Shown here piece by piece: positions 1 through 13,679 of a stretch of 64,000 nucleotides of DNA. The position numbers were made by a program, and so were the translations under genes. Every line of letters begins with the position of its first letter. The stretch's first letter is position 1. The notes under the pieces are model-generated. The model saw only the letters and a list, made by a program, of their open reading frames with translations, made no database searches and was not told where the DNA came from. The DNA is from Stegostoma tigrinum (Eukaryota): the NCBI RefSeq assembly GCF_030684315.1, contig NC_081369.1:28045754-28109753 (forward strand), written 5' to 3'.

Positions 1-640
1 AGAGGGCCTAAAAGACACACAGACATGTTTCGAGTGAAGAGAGGTGTGCAAGATAATAAACTTGCAATACAGCAACAACATAGTGTGACTTACAGAATTA
101 GAAGAGCCCCTACAAAACAGCATGGATCAAATCAAATCTAGAAGTTTGAAATATGAACACCAAGATGACAAAAAAACAACGATAGAAGGAATACATTAGA
201 AGCAACTACAGTGAAAACTGAAGTGAATGGAGTCACACTGGAACAAACAGATAAGTTTGTCTATTTAACACAAATGAGAAAGGAAGATGGCAGATGTGAT
301 GCAGAAATGAATTGAGTGATAGAGACAGCATGAATATAGTAAAATGTAAGCTGCAACTTTCTATCCACTTGCCTGTCTGCCTCAAAAACCTGGATAACAT
401 GAAGTAAAGATGTGTGGAACAAAATAGAGGCCCTTGGAAAGTGATTGTCAAGACAGATGTCAAATGTCCATGCACCAACCATAAGACAAAGACCTAAGAT
501 ACATGAAAAGGTAACTAAAATTGCAAGAGCAAAAGGATGTGAGAACCAGGCAAGAAATGGTCAATGTTTCAGTCATTTAATCAGAGCTGAAAAGATAGCG
601 ATCCCTTCTTGAGGTCAGAAGAAGATGGTCAATTGCTCCA
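1..640 (+). mobile_element. Degenerate RTE-like LINE ORF2 C-terminal remnant
   Basis: Broken frames read like 'LEQTDKFVYL...DGRCDAE', typical of the RTE/BovB post-RT region; many stops; boundaries approximate. Confidence 0.45.
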
Positions 641-3049
641 GACAGAGAAGGGTGGCATGACAGGACAGCGGATTTCCTGGCAGAGGTAGCTGCAAACGAC
701 AGCAGCTATTTGATGGATAAACACTAGACAAGTTAGCAGCTCTGCCCTCCATCAACAATGCCACGGGATTGTTCATGTCCAAGACAGGGGAGACAGGGCT
801 TCACCTGAAAGTAGCAGTACATTTGGCAATGCAGCATACTTTCAGTCCTGCAATGCAAGGTTGGCCTAGGTTATGCCACAAGCCTCCAGAGATGAACTTG
901 AACTCAAATGATTTCCTGACTCAGAGGTCGGACTTTAACCAACTGAACTACAGCTTACGCTGATTCTAAGCGCAAAGAAGTCAAGTCATTTTAGAACTTA
1001 ATTGTCCAGAACACAGTACAAACGAAAATAATTTTAAAAATTTAAAATCTTTAAAAGAATGTCTTCATCTGTTTGATTACAATTCTCTTTGAGAGTCAAA
1101 CACTGCTAAAATAACTGGAGCCATGTACTGTCATTTGTTAAAACCAACTACCTCATTTTTCAATATGGACAATGTGGAAGATATATTGCTACTGTCATCA
1201 GGTACTGACTATTCAGATGAAGCCATTTGGCATTGTAATCAGGCAATCAAACAGATACCTCAGAAACAACGTGAGTAATATTCCCCAGTGTAGTTTCAGT
1301 AAGGAGCTTCCCTTTTACAAATCATCCTAGAATTCATTCATCAAGCATTCAAATGCAAATTGAACTCAAATAAGGAGAGAAAAACATAAAACCTTACCTA
1401 CACACGCTGTACAGGCAGTCCTCCCACAAGGGGAATTAAAACCTAACTCCTTTGCATATATTAGGTGTCGGCGTGACTCCATTAGGAGCATTTTAGCTGG
1501 AGTCAAAAAGTCATGGATTAACACTTCAATGCAGTACTGAAAGTGTGCCACCTTGTTCTGGAGTTCTTTGAAGCAGAATAAAACTGAAGCAATGAATACC
1601 TGTTCCAGTGGTTCAGATGGACAGCATTATTTGCTTAACAGTGAGCTCAGCCAAACCAGTGAGTCAACATTTGACTCTCAACCATCAAAAATAATCAACT
1701 GATTTCTCATCTCACTGTGTCAAGGATCTTTTGTTATCTGCACTTGCCTACATACTAAGTGTTTTGCAAAGGTAATCAGTGGAATGCAGTGCACTTTGGG
1801 ATGTTTCTACAAGACATGGCAATGCATTATAGAAAAGGAAGGCTTTCTTCTCACTTCTCATAGTTGAATATAACTACACCAATGGAACAAGTTTTAATAT
1901 CAGTGCTGAATCAATGAAGCCATGGAGGGTTGCACTCAGGCCTAAGATGACCACAAGAAAAAGTACATGTGTACTGACTTTACAATGATTACTCATACAG
2001 CACTTTTTGAGCAACAGCCTTAACGTTTTGCTTCCTGCTCTAAATTAAACAAAATAAGCATTCATGAGCTGTTAACAGGATGGGTAGAATTGGCATTAGA
2101 AGAGAATAGATTTGAATAGCATGAACAGCACAATAAAAGGTGGTTCCATGACCTTACAAAGCTAGACAGCATACAAGCCATGGTCTTTAATTTCACACAG
2201 CATTAAGCACAGCATAAATGCCACTGCCATACATTTCATGTCATAGTATTGCAGAAGCATATCATATTACACACAAAAGATGTAGCAACACCGACCCCAC
2301 CCTTTGCATGGGAGCAAGGAATGCAATCCAGGAATGAACCCCTCGAACACGTACCCTCAACCCCTCCTGCTGAAAACAAAACCACCCACAGATTGTTGAC
2401 TATGTGAAAGGATCTTAAGTGTTCTAGCTCTTGGAAAATAAAAAGTGCAAGTAAAAACACCCCTCTAGACCCAGCACCCCACATATTCTGCCCCCCTTTC
2501 ATATAAATCCAAAGCATTCATGCCCCACTCACTCCCTGCCACGATTCCTTGTCTCAATTCTGCCAAACTGCGTCTCTCTACCCACACTTATAGCCACCCC
2601 ATACCCTCTTTGCTCAACCATACCCACTCCAACCTCTTGCCCACCTTATAATCCCTGTTTTGTCAACACTTGACCCCTCTCATCCACTACCCTTTGCTAA
2701 TATGCCCTCCATAACACACTCTGTAACCATCAAGGCAAGATCTCATGAGTTAAAATGAGATGAAGTAAAGTTCTGAATGCAGTCATCTGACAACCACAGC
2801 CCTCAGAGTTTTGTCAAGAGACTGGAGTGAAATGGCAAGCATTCTTTTTTTCAAGCTGTACACAGTTGTTTCAAATTTAAAGGACAGAAGCTTTCAATGA
2901 CTTGACAGTTCCAATCAGTTAATCCATTTTTAACAGATTCATGACTACTTTTAATAATTTCAAAAGCACTTAACCTCAGCTAAAAGGATCCCTGGATCTT
3001 TCTTCAAAGATCCTTTACCTCTCCAAAAATCTCTGCTAAATTGAAAATA

Positions 3050-3245
3050 CTGCAAAAATACTGTGAATGTTGGAAATCTGAAAACAAAAAATAGAAAATG
3101 CCACGTAGCAGCATTTGTGAAGAGTGAAACAGAAAGTTGCTGGGTTCTGAAGAGGAGTCATATTTCAACTTAAAATGTCCTTGTTTTCTCTCTGCACAGA
3201 TGCTTCCAGGCCTGAGTTTCTCCAGTATTGCTGTTTCTACTTTTC
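3050..3245. mobile_element. Short Penelope-derived inverted-repeat element with decayed hammerhead-like core
   Basis: Left arm (...gcagcatttgtgaagagtgaaacaga) is roughly complementary to right arm (tctctctgcacagatgcttccaggcctgagtttctccag); central CTGAAGA at 3147. Confidence 0.55.
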
Positions 3246-3491
3246 CAGTAAATTTCGACCTTGTCCTGAAAGGCGCAAAACCCACAAACTGTATTTCAGA
3301 CATCTTAGTGGCACAACTTACAGCTGATTGAAATCAGCCCAACTTTTATACAAGCAGCTGCCTCCATGAACCACATCTACGAAAACCAAAATCCTCCCAT
3401 TACTCCCAACAAAAATGTGACAGTTCAAAGGTAGCATTTCTTCATTTAGGACTCTGACAGCATGGTGGCTAAGCCAACGACCCTCTAAAAC

Positions 3492-4355
3492 CATCTTCAA
3501 CTGCTTCATCAATGACCTTCCCTACATCATAAGGTCAGAAGTGGGGTTGTTCACCAATGATTACACCATGTTGAGTACCATTCACAACTCCTCAGATACC
3601 GAAGCAGTCCATGTTCCAGTGCAACAAAATCTGGACAACATCCAGGCTTGGTCTGACAAGTGGCAAGTAACATTCACACCACACAAATGCCAGGTGATGG
3701 CCATTATCAATGAGAGACAATAAAACCAACCACCCCTTGACATTCAATACTGTTACGATCACTGAATACTCCACTTTCAACATTCCGGGGTTCCATTGAC
3801 CAGAAACTCAACTGGACTCACCACTTTAACACAGTGGCTACAACAGCGAGGAATTACTGTGGCAAGTAATTCACCTCCTGACTCGCCAAGGTCTGTCCAC
3901 CACCTACAAGGCACAAGTAAGGAGTGTGATGGAATACTCCCCACGTGACTGGATGAGCACAGGCCCAACAACACTCAAGAAGCTTGACACCATCCAGGGC
4001 AAAGCAGCCCATATCCACAAGCATCTATTCCCTCCACCACGTGGTAGCAGCAGTGTGTACTATCTCCAAGATTCACTGCAGAAGTTCAGCAAAGATACTT
4101 CAACAGCACCTTTCTAACCCACAAGCAGCACAAAAAAGCGAACACCGGCACCTGCATCCTGACTTGGAAATACAGCACCGTTACTTGAACGTCACTAGGT
4201 CAAAATCCTGGAATGCCACCGCCCACCCAACGACGCCGTGGAATGCAGTGCAGCAGTTCAAGGAGACAGCTCACCACTACCTTCTCAAGGGCAACTTGTG
4301 ATGGGCAATAAATGTTGGCCAGACAGTGAACCCCACACCCCACGAGTGAATAAAA
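3492..4355 (+). mobile_element. CR1/L2-superfamily LINE 3' fragment (end of RT plus 3' tail)
   Basis: Translates to 'FINDLP...GLFTNDYTML' (decayed FADD) and 'WSDKWQVTFTPHKCQ'; ends in gggcaataaatgttggcc...gaataaaag. Confidence 0.75.
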
Positions 4356-4996
4356 GAGAAAACTGCATGAAAATTTAGACCTTAGAATCGGACATCTTAG
4401 CTACAAGCTGAGATTCCAAAATCTAAGTTTATTCATGGTAATGATTGGGAATGGATCTTACCCGAATAGTCAAGACCTCTAATATTTACCAGGCCCCCTG
4501 GTTGACAGCAAGTGAGAAAGGTGAATTTGGAAGGAAGGAAAAGGAAAGAAAAGATCAGATATTTAGTATGGCTGTGCTTAGAATAGACTCCTCAAATAGT
4601 TAGGACAATAACTTACATTCAAAAGAAAGTGAAAAAAATCAGGCACAGTAGTGAAAATACTCTACTTTTGAAGGGTACACGATTGATCAAACCTGTTTTT
4701 CCAATCTTATACACTTACGTACTTTTTAGTTAATAATCTCAAAATTGAACCAATGATGGCGCCACCTACTGATCAAATTTTTTTTTCTGATGCTTCTGAA
4801 GCAGTTATCAGGATTCATTCTGAAATAAATTTATCAGGGGCTCAAATAAGACAGTTTATATTTCACAAGAGTTTCCAAGTGAAGGTCCCTTCAATTAGTT
4901 TTTTGTTTAAAATACATTATTAAGCAAAACATAATTTAAAATTTTAGCATAAATCCAACGGATGCAGCACAGAATAAATAATTCAAGATTACTTAC

Positions 4997-5106
4997 CTGC
5001 AGAAATGGCTAGTTCTACATTGTCCTTAAACCGTCTCAGGCACTGGATGCAGACGTCCAATAACCCTTCTTTGTTAAAGACAGACACTGCTGTGCTGCTA
5101 CTCTCA
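4997..5106 (-). CDS. HEATR3: HEAT repeat-containing protein 3, coding exon 5
   Basis: 110 nt; (C)ESSSTAVSVFNKEGLLDVCIQCLRRFKDNVELAISA; acceptor ttttctgag, donor GTAAGT; phases match exon 4; resembles recalled vertebrate HEATR3 'ECSSRAVSIFNKEGCL'. Confidence 0.92.
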
Positions 5107-5951
5107 CTCAGAAAACAAGAGAAAAACATCAGTCAACCCTTCTATTCAATACAATAATCGTACACTCCATTAGTTTCACTTAGAGATGCTGAGACCCACA
5201 AACTTGCCAACTTTTCAAGCTTCCCAAATTAGACCCCATCATCAGGCTTATTTCTAAATCACGCACATGCATTGACAAAACACCAGTGTAGTTTGCAGAA
5301 AACAGTGAGGAACAATACATTGTTTACATTAATTTATAAAGATGTGAGCCACTTTGACAGCAACTATCGTATCAATAGTACCAATTCCTAGTTGTTGCTC
5401 ACAGGACAATTATGTTTGTGGGAACCTGAAAGGAAGTAGCGATTTTTGTAGCTGCTGCATTCAAACAACATATATCACAATCTAACTTGAGGTATTACTC
5501 AGCTATTCCACTGGAGCAGAATCAATAACATAAACCAAAATTCCTGGGGTTGATGTTCAAAGCCTACACACATCAAGGTGCCTATCTGTGGGAGGGGATC
5601 TGAAAACTATGAGTGTGCTGCCCACAATTTTATCTCTGTTGAAATCAATGAACAGGAAACAGTAAGCAACGCACCACTCACGAGAGTTCAGGAATTCTAT
5701 ATTCCAGTATTTTGCCAAAGACGATCAAAGAATTTACTAGGTAGCTGTTGGACATGAAATGAAAAGTTCTGCTTGATTCTGAGTGGTACCGCGGGCATTT
5801 TCCACAACACAGGCAAGTCATCTGAAAAGCCATTATTAATGATTTTACCGTACAAACTTTATTAGGAGCTAGCCATAAAATTGCTTCTGAAAATACAGAT
5901 TCATCACAGGCAACTCTGGAAAATTTTGTGCTTGAGGATAAGTAAACTTAC

Positions 5952-6064
5952 CACAAGTTCCAGAGAATGCTGATGGCCTCATTTGCAATGTCTTCTACAT
6001 AGGGTTTATCTGCACCTTTCTGCTTCTGTGAAGTGACCCTGTATGCATTTAATTCCACACAACA
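5952..6064 (-). CDS. HEATR3: HEATR3 coding exon 4
   Basis: 113 nt; CCVELNAYRVTSQKQKGADKPYVEDIANEAISILWNL(C); acceptor ttacag, donor GTAAGT. Confidence 0.92.
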
Positions 6065-6389
6065 CTGTAATCACAAAACAACAGAAAGACTTCAGAGATT
6101 GGAGTTCGTAATGGTTTTCTCAGTACATACTTAAAAGCATACAGCTAACTATTTGCAAGCTCCAGGGGATTCAAACATCTAAGAATAACACTCCAACAAT
6201 TCCACACAGGGAGAGCTTCCATCCTTAACTTTGCCAGTGTTCTAGATACCAGGCATTTTTCGCTAAGAAAAGCTGCCCCAAATGCCTCCCTCTTCTGTAT
6301 GAAATTGGTCATAATGACTGAATTGATAGAGGCCAAAAAGTGAAAAATTTCACACGTCCTTAGATACCAACAGAATCTGTTGGGTAAAG

Positions 6390-6515
6390 TAAAATAAAGA
6401 ACTGTAGATACTGGAAATCTTCAACGTGACAGAAATTGCTGAGAAGGTCAGCTGGTCTAGCAGCACCTACAGAGAGAAAGCAGAGTTAATGTTTTAAGTC
6501 CAGAAATCCTTCACC
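6390..6515. mobile_element. Short Penelope-derived element (half copy)
   Basis: aactgtagatactggaaatc...gctgagaaggtcagctggtctagcagcacctacagagagaaagcagagttaatg, same family as 21110 and 26760. Confidence 0.5.
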
Positions 6516-7889
6516 AGAACTGACAACACATTGAGCAGCTGAGTGTAAAAAAAATCAAGTTTGTTGATGATACAATGCTAGGCGGGAATGTAAACCGTAA
6601 GGAGGATTCAAAGAATCTGCAAAAAGATTTAGACAGGCGAAATGAGTGCGCACAAACACAGCAGAATGAGTACGACGTAAAGATATCGACAATGTAGGAA
6701 AAATAGAAAAACACCAGCTTTTGTTTTACAAAATAGTCAGTGTCTTTAGTATGTTGTACCTTAAAGGGCTTGGCTCTTCTTGGATCAATGGTCAAAATAC
6801 ATGGGACAGGTGGTAAATTCACCCTGATAGTTAGCAAATCACTCAGGAAAATTTACTCACGTGACTGACCAAAGTGCCACTCCCACACATGACAGATTCA
6901 GAATCTGTCAGCAGCTGATCTTCCAATCAGAAGTTGGTTTTCTCATGTTCCAAACATAGTTTCTCTCATTCCAAAGGCAGATTCTGTGATAGCAGCAAGG
7001 GCACTAAAAGGCAAAACTGTGTTTGGGCTGAAGCTGCACTGTCTGACCCAATAGTGGTGGTCCACAAGTGACACAGGGAGGAGTGCAGGGCTCAAAGAGC
7101 TAGTTGTATTGGGAGGGTCTAGGTTGGGGCAGTGCGAGGTTGGACAAAATGTTAAATAACAGCAAGTCTCTCATTTTGTGGCAGTCTTTAGCTCAGGTCA
7201 GTAATTCAACCCAGAAGTTTTGTAAACATATTGTATTGAAGGGATCCATTTCCTAGTAGAATCGGTCAGAGCTGTCAGCAGATCTGGTTGAGTCCAGTTT
7301 TCTGGAGGTTATTGTTGGGCTTCAGCAGGGGATTTGTGGGGGTGACAGTGGATCCTGTAGCTGCTAAGAGACGGGAAAGGGGTTTTGGAAAAGAGGCTTA
7401 TGTATTTATGGTTGGGGATGAAACAGGTTAATTTACAAGGTGTCTGCCACAGTTTACGTCAAACAAAACATGTTTATTTGATATCTTGAGTAAGAAAATG
7501 CTTAGAAACATTCCATTCATAATGAATTAAAATGTAAATTGAAAACTCCTGACTTAGTTCATCAACTACAAAACTTCAAATATGAACTATGAAATGTGCA
7601 CCCGTTCAGATTTTTCCATGATCCAGTTGTGGAAACAGAGTATTGAAGATTTATTTCTCACAAATTAGCACAAGTGCACCTTCCTTAATGGTTCAAGTTA
7701 AAAAGATTTAATAATGTATGTATACAATCTTTGGTACCTGTGCTCTCCCTGGCATTCAAGGAAGAACACTAAATGCAAAATGCAATAATGTACAACTCTA
7801 TCATGTCATAAAGGAATCACAGGAAATGTAAAAAGCCTCTGAAAATCAAACAGCATCCCTCAACAATGTCTCAGAAACAGCTCAAAAAA

Positions 7890-8525
7890 CATTCTGCGTC
7901 CAACTTTGGATACACAAAAAAAAGTTAAAGAGCAGTTGTGACAAACAATTAGAAAAGCAAGTGGTACATTAACCTTTATTATAAGGGTTTCGAGTCAATC
8001 GCTGAAGACTGCAGTTATACACAGCCTTGATGAGACTCTGTTTTGAGTACTGTGTATAGTTTTGGTCTGTTACAATTAGATAGATGTGCTTCTCTTGGAA
8101 AAAGTGCAACAGCAGTTCACTTAGTTGACTCCTAGGACAAGGGTAGTGACTTACAAGGAGATATTACATAGACTTTGTCCATATATTGCAGAGTTTAGAA
8201 GAATGAGAAATTAATTCATTGAAATGCATAAAAATACACAGAGCAAAGTCGATGTCAGGAGGATGTTTTGTGACTGTGGAGTCAAAATCTCGGGGATACA
8301 GTCTCAGAAGGTTGTGAACATTTGAAATTCTTGGCTGCAGACAGCTGTAAATGTACAATGCAGTTCAAGTAAGGGATTGATGTCGCATTGGATATTACGG
8401 GAATGAAGGGATGTGGGGATTGTGCAGTAAAGTGGAGCTAAGGGAAAAGATTAGCCATGATTTATTAAGTAGCAAAGTCGGCTCAAAGGAGCAAATGGCA
8501 TACACTTGCTCCTATTTATGTTCTT
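7890..8525 (+). mobile_element. Old CR1 LINE 3' fragment
   Basis: gagtactgtgtatagttttggtct (EYCVQFWS motif) and CR1-type 3' tail ...cttgctcctatttatgttct. Confidence 0.65.
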
Positions 8526-8612
8526 TTGGAGAAAAAAGATGCAAGGAAGGAAATTACCAGAAAAAAATGAAACATAAAAGTGTATTGATCTGAATTTTAC
8601 ACAATAGCTTAC

Positions 8613-8700
8613 CTCCCGCAACAATGCAGTAAGAGGAGTCATAACATCTTGCTTCACCATCTCATCACAAACATCATATCCTCCACAAGCACTAAGGTTT
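8613..8700 (-). CDS. HEATR3: HEATR3 coding exon 3
   Basis: 88 nt; (R)[29 protein letters not shown]; acceptor taacag, donor GTAAGC. Confidence 0.95.
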
Positions 8701-8980
8701 CTGTTACAAACAAACAATTCATTTTAGATACTTTCAGATTTACAACCTTCTCTTCTAAACATAATTGAGAATAGTTACGCTACAAGAAAGGCCTTTACTA
8801 GTCCATGCTGGACCTCTGCAAGAATAGATTGGCTGCTATCATTCCCTATTCTTTCCCTGCAGCTCTCCGCAACTTTTCTTTTCAGAGGCTTATCCAATTT
8901 TCTTCTGAAAGCCACAATTGAACCTGTTTCATCAATCCTTTCAGAAAGTACACTGAATTTTAACCACCCAATTTTTTTTT

Positions 8981-9296
8981 AGATTAGATTAGATTCCATC
9001 CAGTGTGGAAACAGGCCCTTCGGTCCAACAAGTCCACACAGCCCCCTTGGAGCATCCCACCCAGACCCATCCCCCAATGACCCACACACCCTTGAAACTA
9101 CGGGCAATTTAGCATGGCCAATCCACCTAACTTGCACATCTTTGGATTGTGGGAGGAAACCAGAGCACCCAGAGGAAACCCACGCGGACACAGGGAGATT
9201 GTACAAACTCCACACAGACAGTCGCCCGAGATTGGAATCGAACCCGGGTCCCTGGCACTGTGAGGCTGCAGTGCCAACCACTGAGGCACCGTACCC
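8981..9296 (-). mobile_element. HE1-type V-SINE (tRNA-derived)
   Basis: Minus strand shows a tRNA-like head with B box GGGTTCGATTCC, the V-domain (GTGTGGAGTTTG...GCGTGGGTTTCCTC..GGTGCTC..GTTTCCTCCCAC) and a (TCTAA)n tail. Confidence 0.85.
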
Positions 9297-9329
9297 TCCC
9301 CCCCGCCCCCAAATTTTCCTCACTACTTT

Positions 9330-10000
9330 GAGTTCATTTGCCAATCATTAAATTTATATCCACTGGTTCTTGGCTCTCCAATAATGGTAATTGTTTTTAT
9401 TTAGATCCCTTGTTATTTTCAGCACTTCTACCAATTCTTTCAACCCCTTTCTCTCTATAAATAGACCAAGCTTGTGCAAAGCATCCATATAACTGAAGCT
9501 CCTCACCACCAAAAATATTTCCTATCTTTTTTCTGCACCCTCTCTAATACCATGACATCTTTCCTAAATTGTGGTGCCCAGAATTGGATACAAAATCCAG
9601 TTAAGGTGGAACAAGTCTATCAAAGATTCATCCTCATTTCCTTGCCATTGTATTGAATGCCTCTACTAATAAATCCCAGCATCCCGTAAGCCTTTTTAAA
9701 CTACTTTTTCAACCTGCCCAAGACCTTCAATAATTTGGGCAAATATACTTCCAGGTCCTGGGCTCTTAAAACCTCTTTATTTTGCATCCCTTATTTTGTT
9801 TTGCCTCTTCTTAATTCGTTAATCCCTGATTTTGCAGTTATTTGCATTAAATTTTATCTACCTTATGTCTGCTCATTCCAACAGCTCTTCAAAATCCTCT
9901 TGGTGTTCACTGCTATTCTCCTGACCAGTTCATAACATTTCCAAGGCTAGTGTTAACTGCAGACTTTTAAATTCTGCCCCAATCAACCAAGTTTAAGTTA
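9330..10000 (-). mobile_element. Old CR1 LINE fragment (interrupted by the SINE; continues ~8770-8970)
   Basis: ggtgcccagaattggatacaaaatccag is the reverse of the CR1 'LEYCIQFWAP' region. Confidence 0.55.
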
Positions 10001-10057
10001 TGAACATGAGGTTATTAAGTTAGTTTTGGCACATGTAATGACATTTAAAAGATTAAC

Positions 10058-10230
10058 CTGAGTGCACCAGCCGCTGTCTCCCTCACACCAACACTTGGAT
10101 CAAGCAGCAGAGGCCCCAGACACCGAACAACGTCTTTCTGCAGAAACGAAGGGATCACCTTTTTCTCCTGGACAAGTTTTGAAATACTTGCACAGGCAAA
10201 TTCACGAATATCAGGATTCACACTCTGTAA
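10058..10230 (-). CDS. HEATR3: HEATR3 coding exon 2
   Basis: 173 nt; LQSVNPDIREFACASISKLVQEKKVIPSFLQKDVVRCLGPLLLDPSVGVRETAAGAL(R); acceptor ctgatag, donor GTTAAT. Confidence 0.95.
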
Positions 10231-12184
10231 CTATCAGAGAATAAAACTGTCATTAAATCATTGTGGGGATAATCATTTACTGTAATTTAACACAAACCCT
10301 GGAAACAGGAAGTTATTTTGGGCTGGTTAATTCTGATATAATGTGCTCAGAATGTGGAGGCTCCTGTGGTAATCCTCCTTGACATTGACACGGGATATTG
10401 TGCATTCCTCTGTCTTTTAGAAGCAGTTTGTGAATCAAAACAATTTGCACAGCTATCCACAGTTCATATAATTAAAACTTAAAGTTGAGTAATGTACAGA
10501 ATGCATCTTTCAGATTATGTTGGTTCATGTAAATTTCAGAGATTGTGTCATTAGGTGCATCAAGTAACGAAAGTTAAACATAGCTCGGCAATTATAGTTT
10601 ACAAATAAGAAATTCTCACCTTAAAATGATTGGCAAAGCTGTTAGGGTTAAAACACGTGGTCATGGGCAAAGATTACGCCAATTTAGACAATCTTATAAG
10701 TGGATTGTCATCTGGGCTTTTTCAATTCAATAACGTAACGCAGTTTTCTTCTCATCTTTCACCACTGTTCCCCCTTGGGAACCGCTTTCAGTTGCAATGA
10801 TGCCAAATTCTGGAATATTATCCCACACTGCACCAATTCTCTACCTCACTATTGTTCTTTACGACACTCCTTAAACTACTTCCTTCACTAAGTTTTGGGT
10901 CATTAGACATAGCATTTCCTTATGTGGCTCAGTGTTATATCTTCTTTTCTAACGTTCTTGGGAAGGAACTCAATAAGTTTTATTACATTTTAGGTACCAT
11001 ATGAACACAAGGTGTGATTTCAGACAATGTCTGGTCAGCTCTTTGAAGTCAAAGTGGCTAAAGGATGGCAATAATCCAGTGAAGTAAACTTAGATCCATA
11101 TCAATCATTTATAACTTGCTAACTGGCTCTGCAGTATTCCACACCCTGGGTGATCACGATCTGCTCATTGGGTCACTACTCCAAACTGAAGAGATTCTTA
11201 CTCAGTTTTACCAGTTCACATAAGTGAAGTTAATGCTTCATTGAGTAGAACAGAACTGGTGATCAAGCATAGCAATGATAACCCCCAGAGTACTGTCTAC
11301 ACAATCAAGGGCTCAAAAGACTTAGCTATGTCAATCCGTGCCTATGGTCTCTAAACTTGGGAAAATGGAGGAATCTGTTATATGCAAGCCTTATTAGGTT
11401 CAGTGCCATCAATTGCTTCTGTCACATTTACCTTCCTAAATTGCCAGATACAATGCCATATTTATTTATACAACATGTTCTCTTGACAACTAGGTACTCT
11501 GTCTTTTTACTTGCTCTCACAACATGCTTCTCTCAGAGGATGTAAACAATGCATTCTTAGCTCAAGGCCAGGAGCAAAATTTAAATAATGTTACAATATA
11601 GGCAATAAGCGAAAAGCAAAATTAAAGGCCAAATTAAAATACTTCCTCTCAGTTCGGAAATGCTTGGTCAAAGTGTAACAAAATGAATTCTACTTTGCTT
11701 GTAGGTACCTAAAAATGTGTTGTGAATGAATTTCAGCAAAAGCTTTGGACAACAAAAAAATTTCACAACAAGTTTTGTTCAGAGATTTTACGTAATCTGC
11801 ACATCACAATGTTTATTTAATTTTATCTGTGGATCATGAGCTTCTGCTGTAGATTCACAGAGCAAATGGGGGCTAAAGTACTCCTGAGGTGCAGTATGAT
11901 ATATTTTCCCCATTGAAGACCTTTTGAGCCTTAAGCAAGTGACTCCCTTAACAACACTGCTGCATTGTACTCAACAAGTCTGAGTAAATTTCAGTTTTAA
12001 GACCTGACTGTCACAATGCATCTGTTTATCTTTGCGTCTACCCCATTAAACAGCTGTCACGAGGGAATTCCCAACAAGTGGACGTGTCTGGTACGGTTAT
12101 CCATGATGGAACCCAGTGAAATTGACTGAAATATTTTACCCATTTAAAAAAACACGTTTTAAATCATTGATTATCAAATTGGAG

Positions 12185-12350
12185 ACAAAGAAAAACTGCA
12201 GATGCTGGAATCCAAAGTAGACAAACAAAGTTGGAAGAACACAAGACAGGCAGCATCTGGAGGAAAGGAGTAGTCGATGTTTTGGGTTGAAGAAGGGTAA
12301 CACCGGACACATTGACTGCTCCTTTCCTCCTAAATGCTGCCTGGATTGAT
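12185..12350. mobile_element. Short Penelope-derived inverted-repeat element
   Basis: aactgcagatgctggaatc...caggcagcatctggaggaaaggag ... ctcctttcctcctaaatgctgcctg inverted arms around TTGAAGAAGGGT. Confidence 0.6.
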
Positions 12351-13679
12351 TATCACACGTTTACCTCACATCATCCTGCTATATTTCTTCTTCAATCAAA
12401 ATCATCTGAAAAAGCAGATTACCTGATTATCATCACATGGCAGTTTGCAGGCGCATACTGCATGTGAACTGGGTGTCACACTTTCGAACAACAACCTTCA
12501 AACTAGCTAACAAACTGTAAAGTGCTTTGGGACATGCAAAAGTTCTGAAAGGCACTATCTATATACACAAGGTTTATTTCTTGCAATTCCATGCTTCAAT
12601 TTCTGCACCTTCCCACCCAACTACAAACTTCTGCTGTGAAAAACTAACCACTATCTCGATTCCAGCATCCGCCTGTTGGGCCCAGTACCATTAATACACT
12701 GCAGCTTCTGTTAGCCTCCCCAGCAGCTCCTTTATTTTCAGTGCCCTTTTCACCTTCCTCACTATTCCGCCTTCGAAAATTCTAATTTTATGTTTCTTAA
12801 TTTCAGGGACTTGTAAGCATATAACTGGCAATACAATCAATGCCAGAGCTGGCTAGATCACCTCAGGTGATCCTGTACCATCCACTCAATCACCAAATTG
12901 TTCTAACACTCCAAGAATACTTGCAAGGCAAGGATAACAAAAGGATCCTGTTCCTGGCAAATGTAAACTACCTTGCTCCTTTCTTCTGCTAAAATGCATC
13001 TTAATTTCAATGGCAAGTATAAAAAGCATGTAGATGTCATTTTTTAAACTTGAACTTTAAGGATACCTATTTGGCTGCTGCAGCTTTACTTTTCCAATTC
13101 GTCCCAACACTCTCAATCCAACCTCATATACTCAGTCCCTTACAGCCTGGACACCACCATCCTTACTTCACCATCACATAATTGAAAATGTAGTTGGTAT
13201 ACTTCTGGCAATGGCATCTCCTCCTGTCCTAAAATAGTGAATTGGGTGTGGCCAAAGCCCAATCATTAACACTCTTCCTGCATCTGAGTGGCTCGTCCTG
13301 GTTACTTGTGACGTCATTTACAGGGAGGGATGAGCTTCAGTATGAATATCCTCCAGTTTATCCCCTCAGTACTGCTCTGGACTGTATTCTTGGACAATTG
13401 TTTGTCCAACAGCAACTTACAGAAAAAAGAAGTCTTCACAAATTTAGCATTTGTAAAATAAGTCAACCCTGTCACTTTCCCAGCACAAGTTGCTCAGTGA
13501 TCACCAATTCCTCCATTGTGTCTTGCCAGTTTGGTCAGGTCCAAATTTTGATGCACCATTTTAATGTCCCATCAGGTCCAGTGCAGATTAGTTTATCCCA
13601 CCATAACAGTCCATAACTAGTGGATCATCCATCCTACTTCAAGCCTTAAGAACCCTCAGCGTCCTGATTGGATCAGTAA

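Noticed and set aside
2280-2720. C-rich strand-biased tract (also 35020-35450)
   Set aside because: Low-complexity sequence with no clear period or coding signal
1-4996. HEATR3 exon 6 (expected YCLQTVTEDN-like)
   Set aside because: No matching minus-strand frame found by eye; ORF 1366-1551 is unrelated; the exon probably lies left of the window
8979-9351. Overlapping ORFs and a tRNA-like sequence (also at 16350 and 17473)
   Set aside because: These are HE1 SINE copies; the tRNA-like part is a SINE head, not a full cloverleaf gene
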